The notes below the pieces were generated by a model that was not told the origin of the DNA, made no database searches, and worked only from the letters and a program-made list of their open reading frames with translations. From the NCBI GenBank assembly GCA_026708005.1, contig JAPOVR010000030.1:6933-70932 (forward strand): 64,000 nucleotides of DNA, given 5' to 3'. This document shows, in pieces, positions 26,675-36,512 of this stretch; position 1 is the stretch's first letter; each line of letters starts with the position of its first letter. This DNA comes from Actinomycetes bacterium (GTDB lineage Bacteria > Actinomycetota > Thermoleophilia > Gaiellales > Gaiellaceae). Made by a program: the position numbers and the translations under genes.

Positions 26675-28600
26675 ATGACAGAGCCGATCTGGACGCCTGA
26701 TGAGGCCACGCTCGAGCACGCGAACGTCGTGCGTCTCATGCGGCGCGCCGGCGTCGGAACGTACGGCGAGCTCGTGCGGCGCTCGCAGGAGGAGCCCGAG
26801 TGGTTCTGGCCGCTCGTGATCGAGGACATGGGCATCGAGTTCTCGAGTCGATGGGACCGGGTTGTCGATGTCTCGCGGGGCAAGGAGTGGGCCCAGTGGT
26901 TCGTCGGCGGCCGTATCAACATCGCCGACAACTGCGTCCACCGCTGGGCGCGAGGACAGCACGCACGCCGCACCGCGGCCCGCTTCGAAGGGGAGGACGG
27001 GCTGCGGCGCTCGCTGACCTTCGCCGAGCTCTCCGAACAGGTCACCCAGCTTGCCGAGACGCTCGTCGCCCTCGGCGTCAAGGCTGGCGACCGCGTCGCC
27101 CTCTACCTGCCGATGTCGCCCGAGGTGGCGATCGCCTCGCACGCGTGCGCGCACGTCGGTGCGATCCAGCTTCCGATCTTCTCGGGCTTTGCAGCGCCGG
27201 CGGTCGCCCAGCGCCTCATCGACGCGGAGGCAAAGGTCGTCATTACCGCGGATGGGTCGCTTCGCCGAGGCCGCGAGCTCCCGATGAAGGAAACGGTCAA
27301 CGAGGCGCTTGGCAAGGCGGCCTCGGTCGAGCACGTCCTCGTCTGGCGCAGGCTGGGCGACGACAGCGTTCCCATGAGCGCCGGCCGCGACCTCTACTGG
27401 GACGAGGCCGTCGCCGACTCCGCGGGAACGCTCGAGGCCGTTCCCCTCGAGAGCGAGACGCCGTACCTGATCGCGTACACCTCGGGGACCACGGGTACCC
27501 CGAAGGGTGTCGTTCACGTCCAGGGCGGCTTCCTCGTGTCGATCGCCCGCGAGGCGATCTACCAGAGCGACGCAAAGACAGCTGACGTGTTCCACTTCGC
27601 CACTGATATGGGCTGGATAATGGGCCCATGGACGGTGGTTGGCGCGGGCGCAGCGGGCACCCCCGTCGTCTACGCGGAAGGCGCGCCCGACTGGCCCCAT
27701 GACCGGCTGTGGTCGCTGGTCGAGCGCGAGCGCGTGTCGCTCTTGGGGCTCTCTCCGACCCTTGCCCGGGCGCTCTCCCAGCGCGGCCGCCCGTCGGCCG
27801 ACCTCTCGTCGCTGCGCGTGATGATCACCACGGGCGAGCCGTGGAACCCCGAGCCGTACCGCTGGCTGTTCGAGCAGGTCGGCGGCGGACGCTGCCCGAT
27901 CATCAACTGCTCGGGCGGCACGGAGGTTGGCGCCTGCTTCCTCTCACCGTCCGTCGCCATGCCGATCAAGACGTGCTCCCTCGGCTACCCCGCGCTCGGC
28001 TGCGCTGTGGACGTCGTCGATGAGTCGGGCGTCTCCGTCCGAGGCGAGGTCGGCGAGCTCATCTGCCGGGAGCCGTGGCCCGGCATGACCCGTGGGTTCT
28101 GGCGCAACGATGAGCGGTACATCGACACCTACTGGCGCCGTCTGCCCGGCGTCTGGGTACACGGCGACTGGGCATCGATCGACGAGGACGGCTACTGGTT
28201 CTTGCACGGCCGCTCTGACGACACGATGAACATTGCTGGCAAGCGCATCGGGCCGGCCGAGCTCGAGTCGGCAGCCGTTGAGCATCCGGGTGTCGTCGAG
28301 GCCGCAGCCGTGGCGATCCCCCACGAGTTGAAGGGCGAGGTCCCGTGGCTGTTCTGCGTTGCTCCCGTCGACTACGCCCCGAGCGACCAGGCGAACGAGC
28401 AGGTGGCAATGCTCGTTGCGGGAGTGCTCGGAAAGGCGTTCCGACCCGACCGCGTGATCTTCGTCGAGGCGCTTCCGAAGACCCGCAGCGCGAAGATCGT
28501 CCGTCGAGCGGTGCGGGCGGCGGCCATCGGCGACGACCCTGGCGACCTCTCCTCCGTCGAGAACCCCGACGCGCTCGAGACCATTGCTCGCGCCGTCTGA
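26675..28600 (+). CDS. AMP-dependent acyl-CoA synthetase (acetyl/acetoacetyl-CoA synthetase-like)
   Basis: Acs-type N-terminal region (EPEWFWPLVIEDMGIEF, WFVGGRINIADNC), AMP-binding signature YTSGTTGTPKGVVH. Start trimmed to ATG 26675. Confidence 0.85.
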   Translation: MTEPIWTPDEATLEHANVVRLMRRAGVGTYGELVRRSQEEPEWFWPLVIEDMGIEFSSRWDRVVDVSRGKEWAQWFVGGRINIADNCVHRWARGQHARRTAARFEGEDGLRRSLTFAELSEQVTQLAETLVALGVKAGDRVALYLPMSPEVAIASHACAHVGAIQLPIFSGFAAPAVAQRLIDAEAKVVITADGSLRRGRELPMKETVNEALGKAASVEHVLVWRRLGDDSVPMSAGRDLYWDEAVADSAGTLEAVPLESETPYLIAYTSGTTGTPKGVVHVQGGFLVSIAREAIYQSDAKTADVFHFATDMGWIMGPWTVVGAGAAGTPVVYAEGAPDWPHDRLWSLVERERVSLLGLSPTLARALSQRGRPSADLSSLRVMITTGEPWNPEPYRWLFEQVGGGRCPIINCSGGTEVGACFLSPSVAMPIKTCSLGYPALGCAVDVVDESGVSVRGEVGELICREPWPGMTRGFWRNDERYIDTYWRRLPGVWVHGDWASIDEDGYWFLHGRSDDTMNIAGKRIGPAELESAAVEHPGVVEAAAVAIPHELKGEVPWLFCVAPVDYAPSDQANEQVAMLVAGVLGKAFRPDRVIFVEALPKTRSAKIVRRAVRAAAIGDDPGDLSSVENPDALETIARAV

Positions 28601-29639
28601 GTTCGAGCCGGATCGCGTCCGCGGCTACCTCGATACCGCAACCTACGGGCTGCCGCCAGCACGCGCGCTCGAGGCTCTCGCAGAAGCCGCGGACGGCTGG
28701 CGCAATCAGGAGAGCTGGCACCGATGGGAGGAGGACGGCGAGACGTGCCGCCAGCTGCTCGCGAAGCTCGTTGGGCGCCCCGTCGACGAGGTTGCGATCG
28801 TCCCCGCCGTCTCCGTCGCAGCGGGCCTCGTCGCCGCCAGTCTCCCCGCAGAGCCGGGGGACAACGTTGTCGTTCCCGCCGACGATTTCGCCTCCGCCAT
28901 CTTCCCCTGGTCCGGCCTGGAAGCTCGGGGGGTCGAGGTTCGCACGGCGCCGCTCGCCGAGCTCGCAGAACGCGCCGACAGGCGCACGGTGCTGATCGCC
29001 GCGAGCTACGTCCAGTCGGCCAACGGCGCCGTCGTCGACCTCGGCGCGCTCCGCACGACCGGGGCACGCCTGTTCATCGACCTGAGCCAAGCGCTCGGCG
29101 CGGTGCCCGTCGATCTCGACGGGGTCGACTACGTCGCGTGCCACACCTACAAGTGGCTGCTCTGCGCGCGGGGGTTGTCCTTCCTCGCAGTCCGTCGCGA
29201 TCGCCTTGCCGAGATCGAGCCGTGGACCTCCGGCTGGAAGTCTCGAGACCGCCCCTACGAGAACTACTACGGTCTGCCGCGGGCGCTCACCGACGATGCT
29301 CGACGCCTTGACGTCTCACTCGCCTGGCTCATCGTGGCCTCGGCCCGCAGGAGCCTTGAGCTGATCGACACACTCGGCATCGAGGCGATCGCCACGCACA
29401 ACCTCAGGCTCGCGAGCCGATTCGCGCTCGAGCTTGGCCTGCCGCAGCCCGCCTCGCCGATCCTCCGCCTGGGCGTCGAGGCTGCGGACGCGGCTGTCAG
29501 CAATCTGCGCGGCGCCGGCGTCGCGTGCTCGGCCCGAGCGGGATCGGTGCGCGTGTCGTTCCACCTCTACAACGACGATGCCGACGTCGAGCTGGCGGTG
29601 GGCGCACTCGCCGGCACGGGCGTGCGCAGACCCTGCTGA
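28584..29639 (+). CDS. class-V aminotransferase / cysteine desulfurase-like protein
   Basis: GYLDTATYGLPP..., HTYKWLL (PLP Lys region). TTG start overlaps the synthetase stop. Confidence 0.7.
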   Translation: MLAPSEFEPDRVRGYLDTATYGLPPARALEALAEAADGWRNQESWHRWEEDGETCRQLLAKLVGRPVDEVAIVPAVSVAAGLVAASLPAEPGDNVVVPADDFASAIFPWSGLEARGVEVRTAPLAELAERADRRTVLIAASYVQSANGAVVDLGALRTTGARLFIDLSQALGAVPVDLDGVDYVACHTYKWLLCARGLSFLAVRRDRLAEIEPWTSGWKSRDRPYENYYGLPRALTDDARRLDVSLAWLIVASARRSLELIDTLGIEAIATHNLRLASRFALELGLPQPASPILRLGVEAADAAVSNLRGAGVACSARAGSVRVSFHLYNDDADVELAVGALAGTGVRRPC

Positions 29640-29687
29640 GCGCGGTCGGCTCGAGCTTTTCGCCTCTCAGTCGATATCCTCTCAGGT

Positions 29688-31403
29688 ATGCGCGTCGCGC
29701 TTGCACAAATCAACACGCTGGTCGGTGACCTCGACGGGAATCGCGCTCGGATTCTCGAGCGGCTCGATGAGGCCCGCACAGCCGGCGCGGATCTCGTGCT
29801 CTTTCCGGAGCTTGTGGTCACGGGTTACCCGCCCGAGGATCTCCTGCTTCGGCCCGATTTCCTGCGCGCAGCGCACGAGAGCCTCGAGCTGATTGCGAAG
29901 CAGACTCGCGGCTTCGCCTGCCTCGTCGGCGCGCCGCAGCTGGCGCGTGACCTGTTCAACGCCTGCGCCGTGTGCGTCGACGGGGCGCTCGTTGGCGTGT
30001 ATCGGAAGCGCTACCTCCCCAACTATGGCGTCTTCGACGAGCACCGATACTTCCAGCCGAGTCGAGAGCTTCTCCTCCTGCGGCTCGGAGAGACGCTGAT
30101 CGGGCCGACGGTCTGCGAGGACATCTGGCAGCCGGGCGCTCCGGCGACCGAGCTCGCCCTCGCGGGCGCAACCGTGATAACGAACGTCTCGGCGTCGCCG
30201 TTTCACCTGGGCAAGGGCCGCGAGCGCGAGGAGATGCTCGCGACGCGGGCGCGCGACAACGCGTGTTGGGTGGTGTTCGCGAACGCCGTCGGAGGCCAGG
30301 ACGAGCTCGTCTTTGACGGGCACTCGCTGGTGATCGACCAGGATGGAGAGATCGTGGCGCGGGCGCCCGCGTTCGAGGAGACCCTGCTCGTGGCCGATAT
30401 CGATGCCTCGACCGCACTTGCCAGGCGTCTTCGTGACGCTCGCCGGAGAGGGCTGGTGCGTGAGCGGTCAACGCTTCCCGACCCCCCGGTCATCGAGCTG
30501 GGCGAGCCCAAGCACTCAGAACGGTCGATCACGCCGATGCGCGCGACAACCCTGGCTGGACCCGAGGAGGCGCGGGCGGCGCTCGAGCTAGGACTGCGCG
30601 ACTACGTCGTCAAGAACGGGTTCACGACGGTCCTGATCGGTATCTCCGGCGGCATCGACTCGGCGCTCACGGCCGCGCTCGCCGTGGAGGCGGTCGGCGC
30701 CGAGCACGTCGTCCTCGTGTCGATGCCGTCCAAGTACAGCTCAAAGGGCACACGCAGCGATGCTCGCCGGGTGGCCGAGAACCTCGGCACGCGGTTCTTC
30801 GAGATCCCAATCGAGCCGATCGTCAGCGCGGTCGACGGCGCGCTTCACGACGCCTTCGCAGACACGGAGGTCGGGCTTGCAGAGGAGAATGTCCAGGCGC
30901 GTATCCGCGGTGTGGTCCTGATGGCCCTTTCGAACAAGTTCGGCTGGCTGCTCGTGGCCACGGGCAACAAGAGCGAGTACGCCGTCGGCTACGCCACGCT
31001 CTACGGCGACATGGCGGGCGGGTTTGCGCTGATCAAGGACGTGTTCAAGACCGACGTCTTCCGACTGGCCCGATACCTGAACGAGCGTGCCGGGCGCGAG
31101 CTGATCCCCGCGTCGGTAATCGATCGGCCCCCGACCGCCGAGCTGCGGGCCGACCAGCGGGATGAGGACTCACTCCCGCCGTACCCGATCCTCGACGACG
31201 TGCTGGAGGCGTACATCGAGCTTGACCGAAGCCGCGAGGAGCTCGCGCGCGATGGCTTCGCCGCGGACGTGGTGGAGCAGACCCTCGCTCTCGTGGATCG
31301 TGCCGAGTACAAGCGCCGCCAGTCCCCGCCGGGCGTCAAGCTGCGGCCGAAGGCGTTTGGCCGCGATCGGCGACTTCCGATCACCAGCCGCCGGTCTGCC
31401 TAG
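29688..31403 (+). CDS. nadE: glutamine-dependent NAD+ synthetase
   Basis: N-terminal CN-hydrolase domain (MRVALAQINTLVGDLDGN...FPEL) plus C-terminal NAD synthase domain (GISGGIDSAL). Confidence 0.9.
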   Translation: MRVALAQINTLVGDLDGNRARILERLDEARTAGADLVLFPELVVTGYPPEDLLLRPDFLRAAHESLELIAKQTRGFACLVGAPQLARDLFNACAVCVDGALVGVYRKRYLPNYGVFDEHRYFQPSRELLLLRLGETLIGPTVCEDIWQPGAPATELALAGATVITNVSASPFHLGKGREREEMLATRARDNACWVVFANAVGGQDELVFDGHSLVIDQDGEIVARAPAFEETLLVADIDASTALARRLRDARRRGLVRERSTLPDPPVIELGEPKHSERSITPMRATTLAGPEEARAALELGLRDYVVKNGFTTVLIGISGGIDSALTAALAVEAVGAEHVVLVSMPSKYSSKGTRSDARRVAENLGTRFFEIPIEPIVSAVDGALHDAFADTEVGLAEENVQARIRGVVLMALSNKFGWLLVATGNKSEYAVGYATLYGDMAGGFALIKDVFKTDVFRLARYLNERAGRELIPASVIDRPPTAELRADQRDEDSLPPYPILDDVLEAYIELDRSREELARDGFAADVVEQTLALVDRAEYKRRQSPPGVKLRPKAFGRDRRLPITSRRSA

Positions 31404-31644
31404 GCGACGTCGGCTGCACGCAGCGAGCAGTCTGCGTCAAGCCCACGCCCTGCCTCGCACGCAGACCCGTACAGAGACCCAGCTCTGCGCCGCCAGCGCA
31501 GCACGGCCGACCCGGCGCGACCAGCTCGGGCGCGCGCCAGCTTGGCATGCCCAGTTCGCCGGGCCCAGCTCCGCGTGGCCAGCTCGGCTAAGCCAAGGCG
31601 GCCAGCTGGGACCCGCGCGGGCGGCCGGACGCGCGCGCGAAAGC

Positions 31645-31735
31645 CCACCTCCAATCCCACCTCCCACCAACCCTGACCCGGGAGGGTACCAGCAGGGGTG
31701 TGACCCATTCGTGCCGATTCTGTCGCGATTCATCC
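31645..31735 (+). repeat. dispersed intergenic repeat, copy C
   Basis: 31677-31731 is 45/55 identical to 16979-17033. Hairpin CCTCCC...GGGAGG (31660-31685). Followed by GCCCAGCGTTG-type short repeats at 31741-31810. Confidence 0.65.
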
Positions 31736-32333
31736 TGTGCGGTTTCCCCAGCGTTGATCCCATGCGGCTTGCCCAGCGTTGCTTGCCCAGCGTTGATCCA
31801 ATCCGGTTTCTCCAGTGTCCATCGCCGGGAGCTGCCCGTGGTAGTTGCCCCCCCCCGCGCGCTCCCTTGGCTCAAGCCGCGCGAGAACGCCTCCGCCATG
31901 AACTCCCGCGTTCCACCGCTCAAGCACGCGCGCTCCGCTTGGCTCACGCCGGCCGGCGGACGCGGCCCGAGCGTGATTCGGTAACGTCCGGAGGTGTTGC
32001 TGAAGCGCCATGTGCACGCCGGCAGGCGTGCAACCGACCGCTCGATGCGCGCCGAGAGCGCGGCAGCGACCTCGCCGCTCGCCGTAACGGTGCCTCAGCA
32101 CCCGCCTCGCTCTGGGCTGACGCAGCACGGGGCAGGGGCCCTCCAGCATGACGGCAGGTCTGCCCAGGGTATGTGCAAAGCGCCAGCGGTGGCCTCCAGC
32201 AGCGCGACCCGCCCGGATCGCGAGCGGCATGGTCGCACCGTCAGCACCGCGCTTGGAGCCGGTGCCCCGTACGAACGGGGCGTCGAGGGCTTCAAGCGCA
32301 CGACAGGCACCTGATGAAGCACGCCCCGTTCTG

Positions 32334-33521
32334 ATGGGACACGACCCGCTCGATGTGCAGGCGGTGCGATGCCGCTACGCTGCGCTCGCCCAAGGCACGG
32401 TGTTTCTGGATGCTCCGGCCGGGACGCAGGTGCCGGATTCGGTCGTCGATGCGATGGCGTCCTACCTCCGCAACGCGAACGCCAACCTCGGTGGGCACTT
32501 CGCGACGAGCCGCCAGAGCGAGCTCGTGGTCAGAGACGCGCGAACGGCCGCCGGGACCTTCCTCGGCTGCGCACCTTCCGCCATCGGATTCGGGCTGAAC
32601 ATGACGAGCCTGAACTTCAGCCTGTCACGCACCGTCGCGCGCACCTTGCGCTCCGGCGACGAGATCCTCGTCACCAGACTCGACCATGACGCGAACATTG
32701 CACCCTGGCTGGAGATCGCAGCCGACCTCGACATCACCGTCCGGTTCGCGGACATCGATCCAAGCGACTGCACCCTCGATCTGGCCGACCTGGAACGGCA
32801 GCTCGGCGAACGCACGCGCGTCGTCACGTTTCCCTGGACAGCCAACGCCGTCGGAACGGTCAACGACGTCCGGCGCATCTGCGCTCTCGCGCACGAGGCT
32901 GGAGCGCTGGCGTGGGTCGATGCGGTCCACCAGGCGCCACACGGGCCGATCGACGCCGTGGCCGTTGGAGCCGACATCCTGTTCTGCTCGCCGTACAAGT
33001 TCTTCGGGCCGCACCTGGGAGTCTTCTACGGACGCCCTGACGTCACGGAGCGGTGGCGCCCGTACAAGGTTCGCCCGGCCCCCGACGAGCCAGGCGGGGA
33101 GCGTTTCGAGAACGGCACCCTGCCACACGAGAGCCTCGCTGGGTTCACCGCAGCTGTCCACTACATCCACTCGCTCGGCTGGAAGCACATCATTGCCCAC
33201 GAGCGCGAGCTCGCAACCCTGTTCCTCGCGGGCCTACCAAGCGCCTACCGCCTGTACGGGAGACCCGAGGTCGAGGGTCGAGTTCCAACCTTCGCCATCC
33301 AGCACCCGACGCTGGCGCCAGGCGAGGTTGCGCAACGGCTGGCCGAGCGGGATATCGCTGTCTGGCACGGCGACTACTACGCGCCCGAGATCATGCAGCG
33401 CCTCGGGCTGCCCGACGGCGCCGTCCGCATTGGCTTCGTGCACTACAACACGGCTGACGAGGTCGACCGTGTCCTCGACGAGCTCGACCGGCTGCTGCCG
33501 AGGACATTGGCCGAAGGCTGA
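32334..33521 (+). CDS. cysteine desulfurase-like class-V aminotransferase
   Basis: VFLDAPAGTQVPDSVVDAM..., FCSPYKFFGPH (PLP Lys), ADEVDRVL. Start trimmed to ATG 32334. Confidence 0.8.
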   Translation: MGHDPLDVQAVRCRYAALAQGTVFLDAPAGTQVPDSVVDAMASYLRNANANLGGHFATSRQSELVVRDARTAAGTFLGCAPSAIGFGLNMTSLNFSLSRTVARTLRSGDEILVTRLDHDANIAPWLEIAADLDITVRFADIDPSDCTLDLADLERQLGERTRVVTFPWTANAVGTVNDVRRICALAHEAGALAWVDAVHQAPHGPIDAVAVGADILFCSPYKFFGPHLGVFYGRPDVTERWRPYKVRPAPDEPGGERFENGTLPHESLAGFTAAVHYIHSLGWKHIIAHERELATLFLAGLPSAYRLYGRPEVEGRVPTFAIQHPTLAPGEVAQRLAERDIAVWHGDYYAPEIMQRLGLPDGAVRIGFVHYNTADEVDRVLDELDRLLPRTLAEG

Positions 33522-33629
33522 TCAGCGCAGGCCCTGTGACAACTCGTGCTCAGCCTGCGAGGGGCAAACCTGACGACCATGGTCTCGCCCCTCACGGTCG
33601 CGGGAGCATCCCGCCCGTCGCCGGCTGGC

Positions 33630-33660
33630 TTGACGAGGTGGAGAAACGCTTGCGTAGCAT
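33630..33660 (+). promoter_or_regulatory. sigma70-like promoter TTGACG-19-TAGCAT, predicts leaderless mRNA
   Basis: TTGACG 33630-33635 and TAGCAT 33655-33660. The M16 peptidase ATG (33667) lies 6 nt after the -10 box and has no Shine-Dalgarno. Confidence 0.45.
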
Positions 33661-33666
33661 GGCTCC

Positions 33667-34938
33667 ATGAGCACATTCGAGAAGGCAACCCTGACGAACG
33701 GGTTGCGCGTGGTGAGCGCGCCGATGCCCCAGGCGAAGTCCGTCGCCTGCTTCATCATGGTTGCCGCGGGCTCACGCTACGAGACCCCTGAGTCGAGCGG
33801 CATCGCGCACTTCGCCGAGCACATGTTCTTCAAGGGCACCGAGCGGAGGCCAACGGCCCAGGACGTCGCGGGCGAGATCGATGCCATCGGCGGCGAGTTC
33901 AATGCCTTCACGGGGAAGGAGTACACCGGCTACTACGTCAAGTGCGCGGCCGAGCACCGAGACACCGCGCTCGACACGCTGGTCGACATGCTCCTGCGAT
34001 CGACGTTCAGCCCCGATGAGATCGAGCGCGAGAAGGGCGTGATCATCGAGGAGATGAACATGTACGTCGACACCCCGCGCGACCACGTGGACTCCGTGTA
34101 TGAACAACTGCTCTACGGTGATCAGCCACTCGGTTGGGACATCATCGGGACGAAGGAAACCGTCCGTGCAGCGACACGCGAGACCTTCCTCGACTACCTG
34201 AACCGATGGTACCGGGCTCCGCGAATCGTCGTCGGCGTCGCCGGCAGCCTCGGCTCCGGGCTGGAGTCGATGCTCGAAAGCCTGCTCGGAGACGTCCCGA
34301 ACGTGTCAACGGCAGAGCCGCCGCCCGTTGTCTGGGAGCAGCAGGCTCCCCGCGTCAGGGTGCATCACAAGGAATCGGATCAGGCACACCTACGCTTCGG
34401 CGTTCACAGCTACCCCCTCGCACATCCCGACCGGTATGCCGTCGCGATGCTTGCAACGATCCTCGGTGGCGGGATGTCGTCGCGCCTCTTCACCGAGATC
34501 CGAGAGCGCCGCGGGCTCGCGTACTACATCTACGCCCGCAACCAGGGATATACGGATACCGGCACTCTCTTTGCTCAGGGCGGTGTCGATATTGCCCGCA
34601 TCGACGAGGCGATCTCGACGATCGTCGCCGAGTTCGCGCGTATCGTCCACGAGACCGTCAAAGCCGACGAGCTCGAGAAGGCTCGCAGCTTCACCAAGGG
34701 CCGCCTCGTGCTTACGCTGGAAGATCCCAAGGGTGTGATCCTGTTCGGCTTGCGCGGCGAGGTCCTCGAGAACCGCCTGTGGGAGCTGGACGAGGTGCTC
34801 GCGGGCCTCGATGCAGTCACGGCGGAGGATGTGCAGCGCGTCGCACGGGATCTGATCCGAACCGACCGGCTCAACCTGGCGCTGATCGGACCGTTCGAGG
34901 AGGCCGAGCGGTTCGAGCGCTGGCTTAGCATCGCTTAG
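33667..34938 (+). CDS. M16-family zinc peptidase (insulinase-like)
   Basis: HxxEH zinc motif in GIAHFAEHMFFKGT, full two-domain length (423 aa). Confidence 0.9.
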   Translation: MSTFEKATLTNGLRVVSAPMPQAKSVACFIMVAAGSRYETPESSGIAHFAEHMFFKGTERRPTAQDVAGEIDAIGGEFNAFTGKEYTGYYVKCAAEHRDTALDTLVDMLLRSTFSPDEIEREKGVIIEEMNMYVDTPRDHVDSVYEQLLYGDQPLGWDIIGTKETVRAATRETFLDYLNRWYRAPRIVVGVAGSLGSGLESMLESLLGDVPNVSTAEPPPVVWEQQAPRVRVHHKESDQAHLRFGVHSYPLAHPDRYAVAMLATILGGGMSSRLFTEIRERRGLAYYIYARNQGYTDTGTLFAQGGVDIARIDEAISTIVAEFARIVHETVKADELEKARSFTKGRLVLTLEDPKGVILFGLRGEVLENRLWELDEVLAGLDAVTAEDVQRVARDLIRTDRLNLALIGPFEEAERFERWLSIA

Positions 34939-35335
34939 CTGCAGATCCTCTGCAAGCTGGATCTCAGCACGCTGCTCCAGCCGGGATTCTTCGACGTCGG
35001 GCTTGGCAGCCCGAAGGGCCGAGACAGACTCGGCGCAGACGAGCAGGGTGCGCTGACTCCGAGCTCTCCCGGCACTTAGCGGGAGCGGAGAGCTGTTCTT
35101 GAGGATGGACGAAGGTGCAGGGTCACGCGAAGGCGGCTCGGACCTCGGGGCAGCCATGAGCGTTGCGCCCGCTCACCCTTGTGCCAGCGGCGAACCAGGC
35201 CGGCGCCGGGCGGTAACGTGGCGCGCCTCCGCCGGCCCCTCCCTGCTCGCGCAGTAGCCCTCGCCGCTCGCTGTGATCCAGCTGCTGCAAGCCGCCTCCG
35301 CGCGCCAGCCCCTGCGCGGCAGCCGGGTGGTGCAG

Positions 35336-35436
35336 CCGTGCAGAGTTGGCGCAGTTCCGTGACGCTTCTGCAACACCCGGTGGGAAAGGCGTTCGCGTTC
35401 CTCGGCTACCCTCCCCCGGATGGTAGGTGGGAGGGC
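35336..35436 (-). repeat. dispersed intergenic repeat, copy G
   Basis: See copy F (52/62 identity). Hairpin CCCTCCC-13 nt-GGGAGGG at 35409-35435. Confidence 0.7.
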
Positions 35437-35475
35437 GGGCTGTCCTTGGCAGCGGCCCGGCGAGGAGCGGGCCGT

Positions 35476-35660
35476 CTCAGCGTGACCCGGCGAGCGAACC
35501 CGACACGCCCGGAGCAGGCACGCGGCTGGCCGGCTGACGAGCAGGCGCACGACTGGCCGGGCACAAGCGGACACAGGACTGGCTGGGCACGTGCGGACGC
35601 ACGACTGGCTGGTTCATCGCTCAGCGTGACCCGGCGAACGAACCCGACATGTCCAGAGCA
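35476..35660 (+). repeat. 41-nt direct repeats flanking 3 x ~24-nt GCACGACTGGCyGG tandem units
   Basis: CTCAGCGTGACCCGGCGAGCGAACCCGACACGCCCGGAGCA (35476-35516) versus 35620-35660 (37/41 identical). Between them are three GCACGACTGGCC/GACTGGCTGG units. Confidence 0.7.
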
Positions 35661-35855
35661 CGGGCGCGATCCCAGATGCCCGCAGCGGGCCTTCGGTGCA
35701 GGCGTCGACACTCCAGGGATCGGCATGCCGGCGCCAGCCTGGCAGCAGGGCCATCGCGCTGCGGCCCCCGCGGCCCGACCAGGATCAGCCCACACCGCCG
35801 GCGCTGACGGGATCGTGGGCTACAGCAGGGCCATCCCACGGCGGTCCACTCAGGA

Positions 35856-36410
35856 TCAGAGCAGCCTGCGGGCAAACGCCTCGAGCGCGAGCAGCAGATC
35901 GACGAGCGACCCCCGTGTCGCCTGATCGGTCAGCCCACCGTGCTCATCGAACTTGTCGTTCGCGTTCGACACCCACACCTCAGGCTTGGGCAGAACGCAC
36001 GCGCCGGGGTTCCCGAGAATCTGCCTCGCCTGAAACTGCGATGCGCGCGTACCAAAGCCGCCGGGGGTGGCTCCCACGATGGCGACCGGCTTGCCGGCGA
36101 GTGCCTGCTCGGGCGGACGCGACGCCCAATCGAGCGCGTTCTTCATGACACCGGTCATGCCACGGTTGTACTCAGGAGTCGCCAGCAGCAGGGCGTCGCT
36201 CGAGAGGATCCGCCGCTTGAGCTGGGCAACCGACGGCGGGTCTCCCTCGGCCTCGACATCCCCGTTGTAGAGGGGAATCGGGGCGAGATCGAACACCGAC
36301 AGCCGCACGCTCGGCGGCGCCTCCGCAACCGCCGCTCGCAGCAGGCCGCGGTTGACCGATGCCCTTCGCAGACTCCCAGCAATCCCCAGAACGTTCAGCG
36401 GTTCTGTCAT
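35856..36410 (-). CDS. NADPH-dependent FMN reductase
   Basis: MTEPLNVLGIAGSLRRASVNRGLL..., LLLATPEYNRGMTGVMKNALDW is a flavodoxin-like FMN_red pattern. Start trimmed to ATG 36410. Confidence 0.85.
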   Translation of the reverse strand: MTEPLNVLGIAGSLRRASVNRGLLRAAVAEAPPSVRLSVFDLAPIPLYNGDVEAEGDPPSVAQLKRRILSSDALLLATPEYNRGMTGVMKNALDWASRPPEQALAGKPVAIVGATPGGFGTRASQFQARQILGNPGACVLPKPEVWVSNANDKFDEHGGLTDQATRGSLVDLLLALEAFARRLL

Positions 36411-36512
36411 CCCGTTTCTCCTCTCGACGCCGGCGAGCCCCGTGCCAGCCCGCCGCGCAGGGCAGTCGCGTTGACGTCTTGCCACGAAGCACTGTCGGCT
36501 ATCGTCGCCTCA

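Noticed and set aside
35940-36512. N-terminal 190 codons of track ORF 35940..37664
   Set aside because: This part is antisense to the FMN reductase gene and lacks amidohydrolase homology. The CDS was trimmed to start at 36513 (or 36471).
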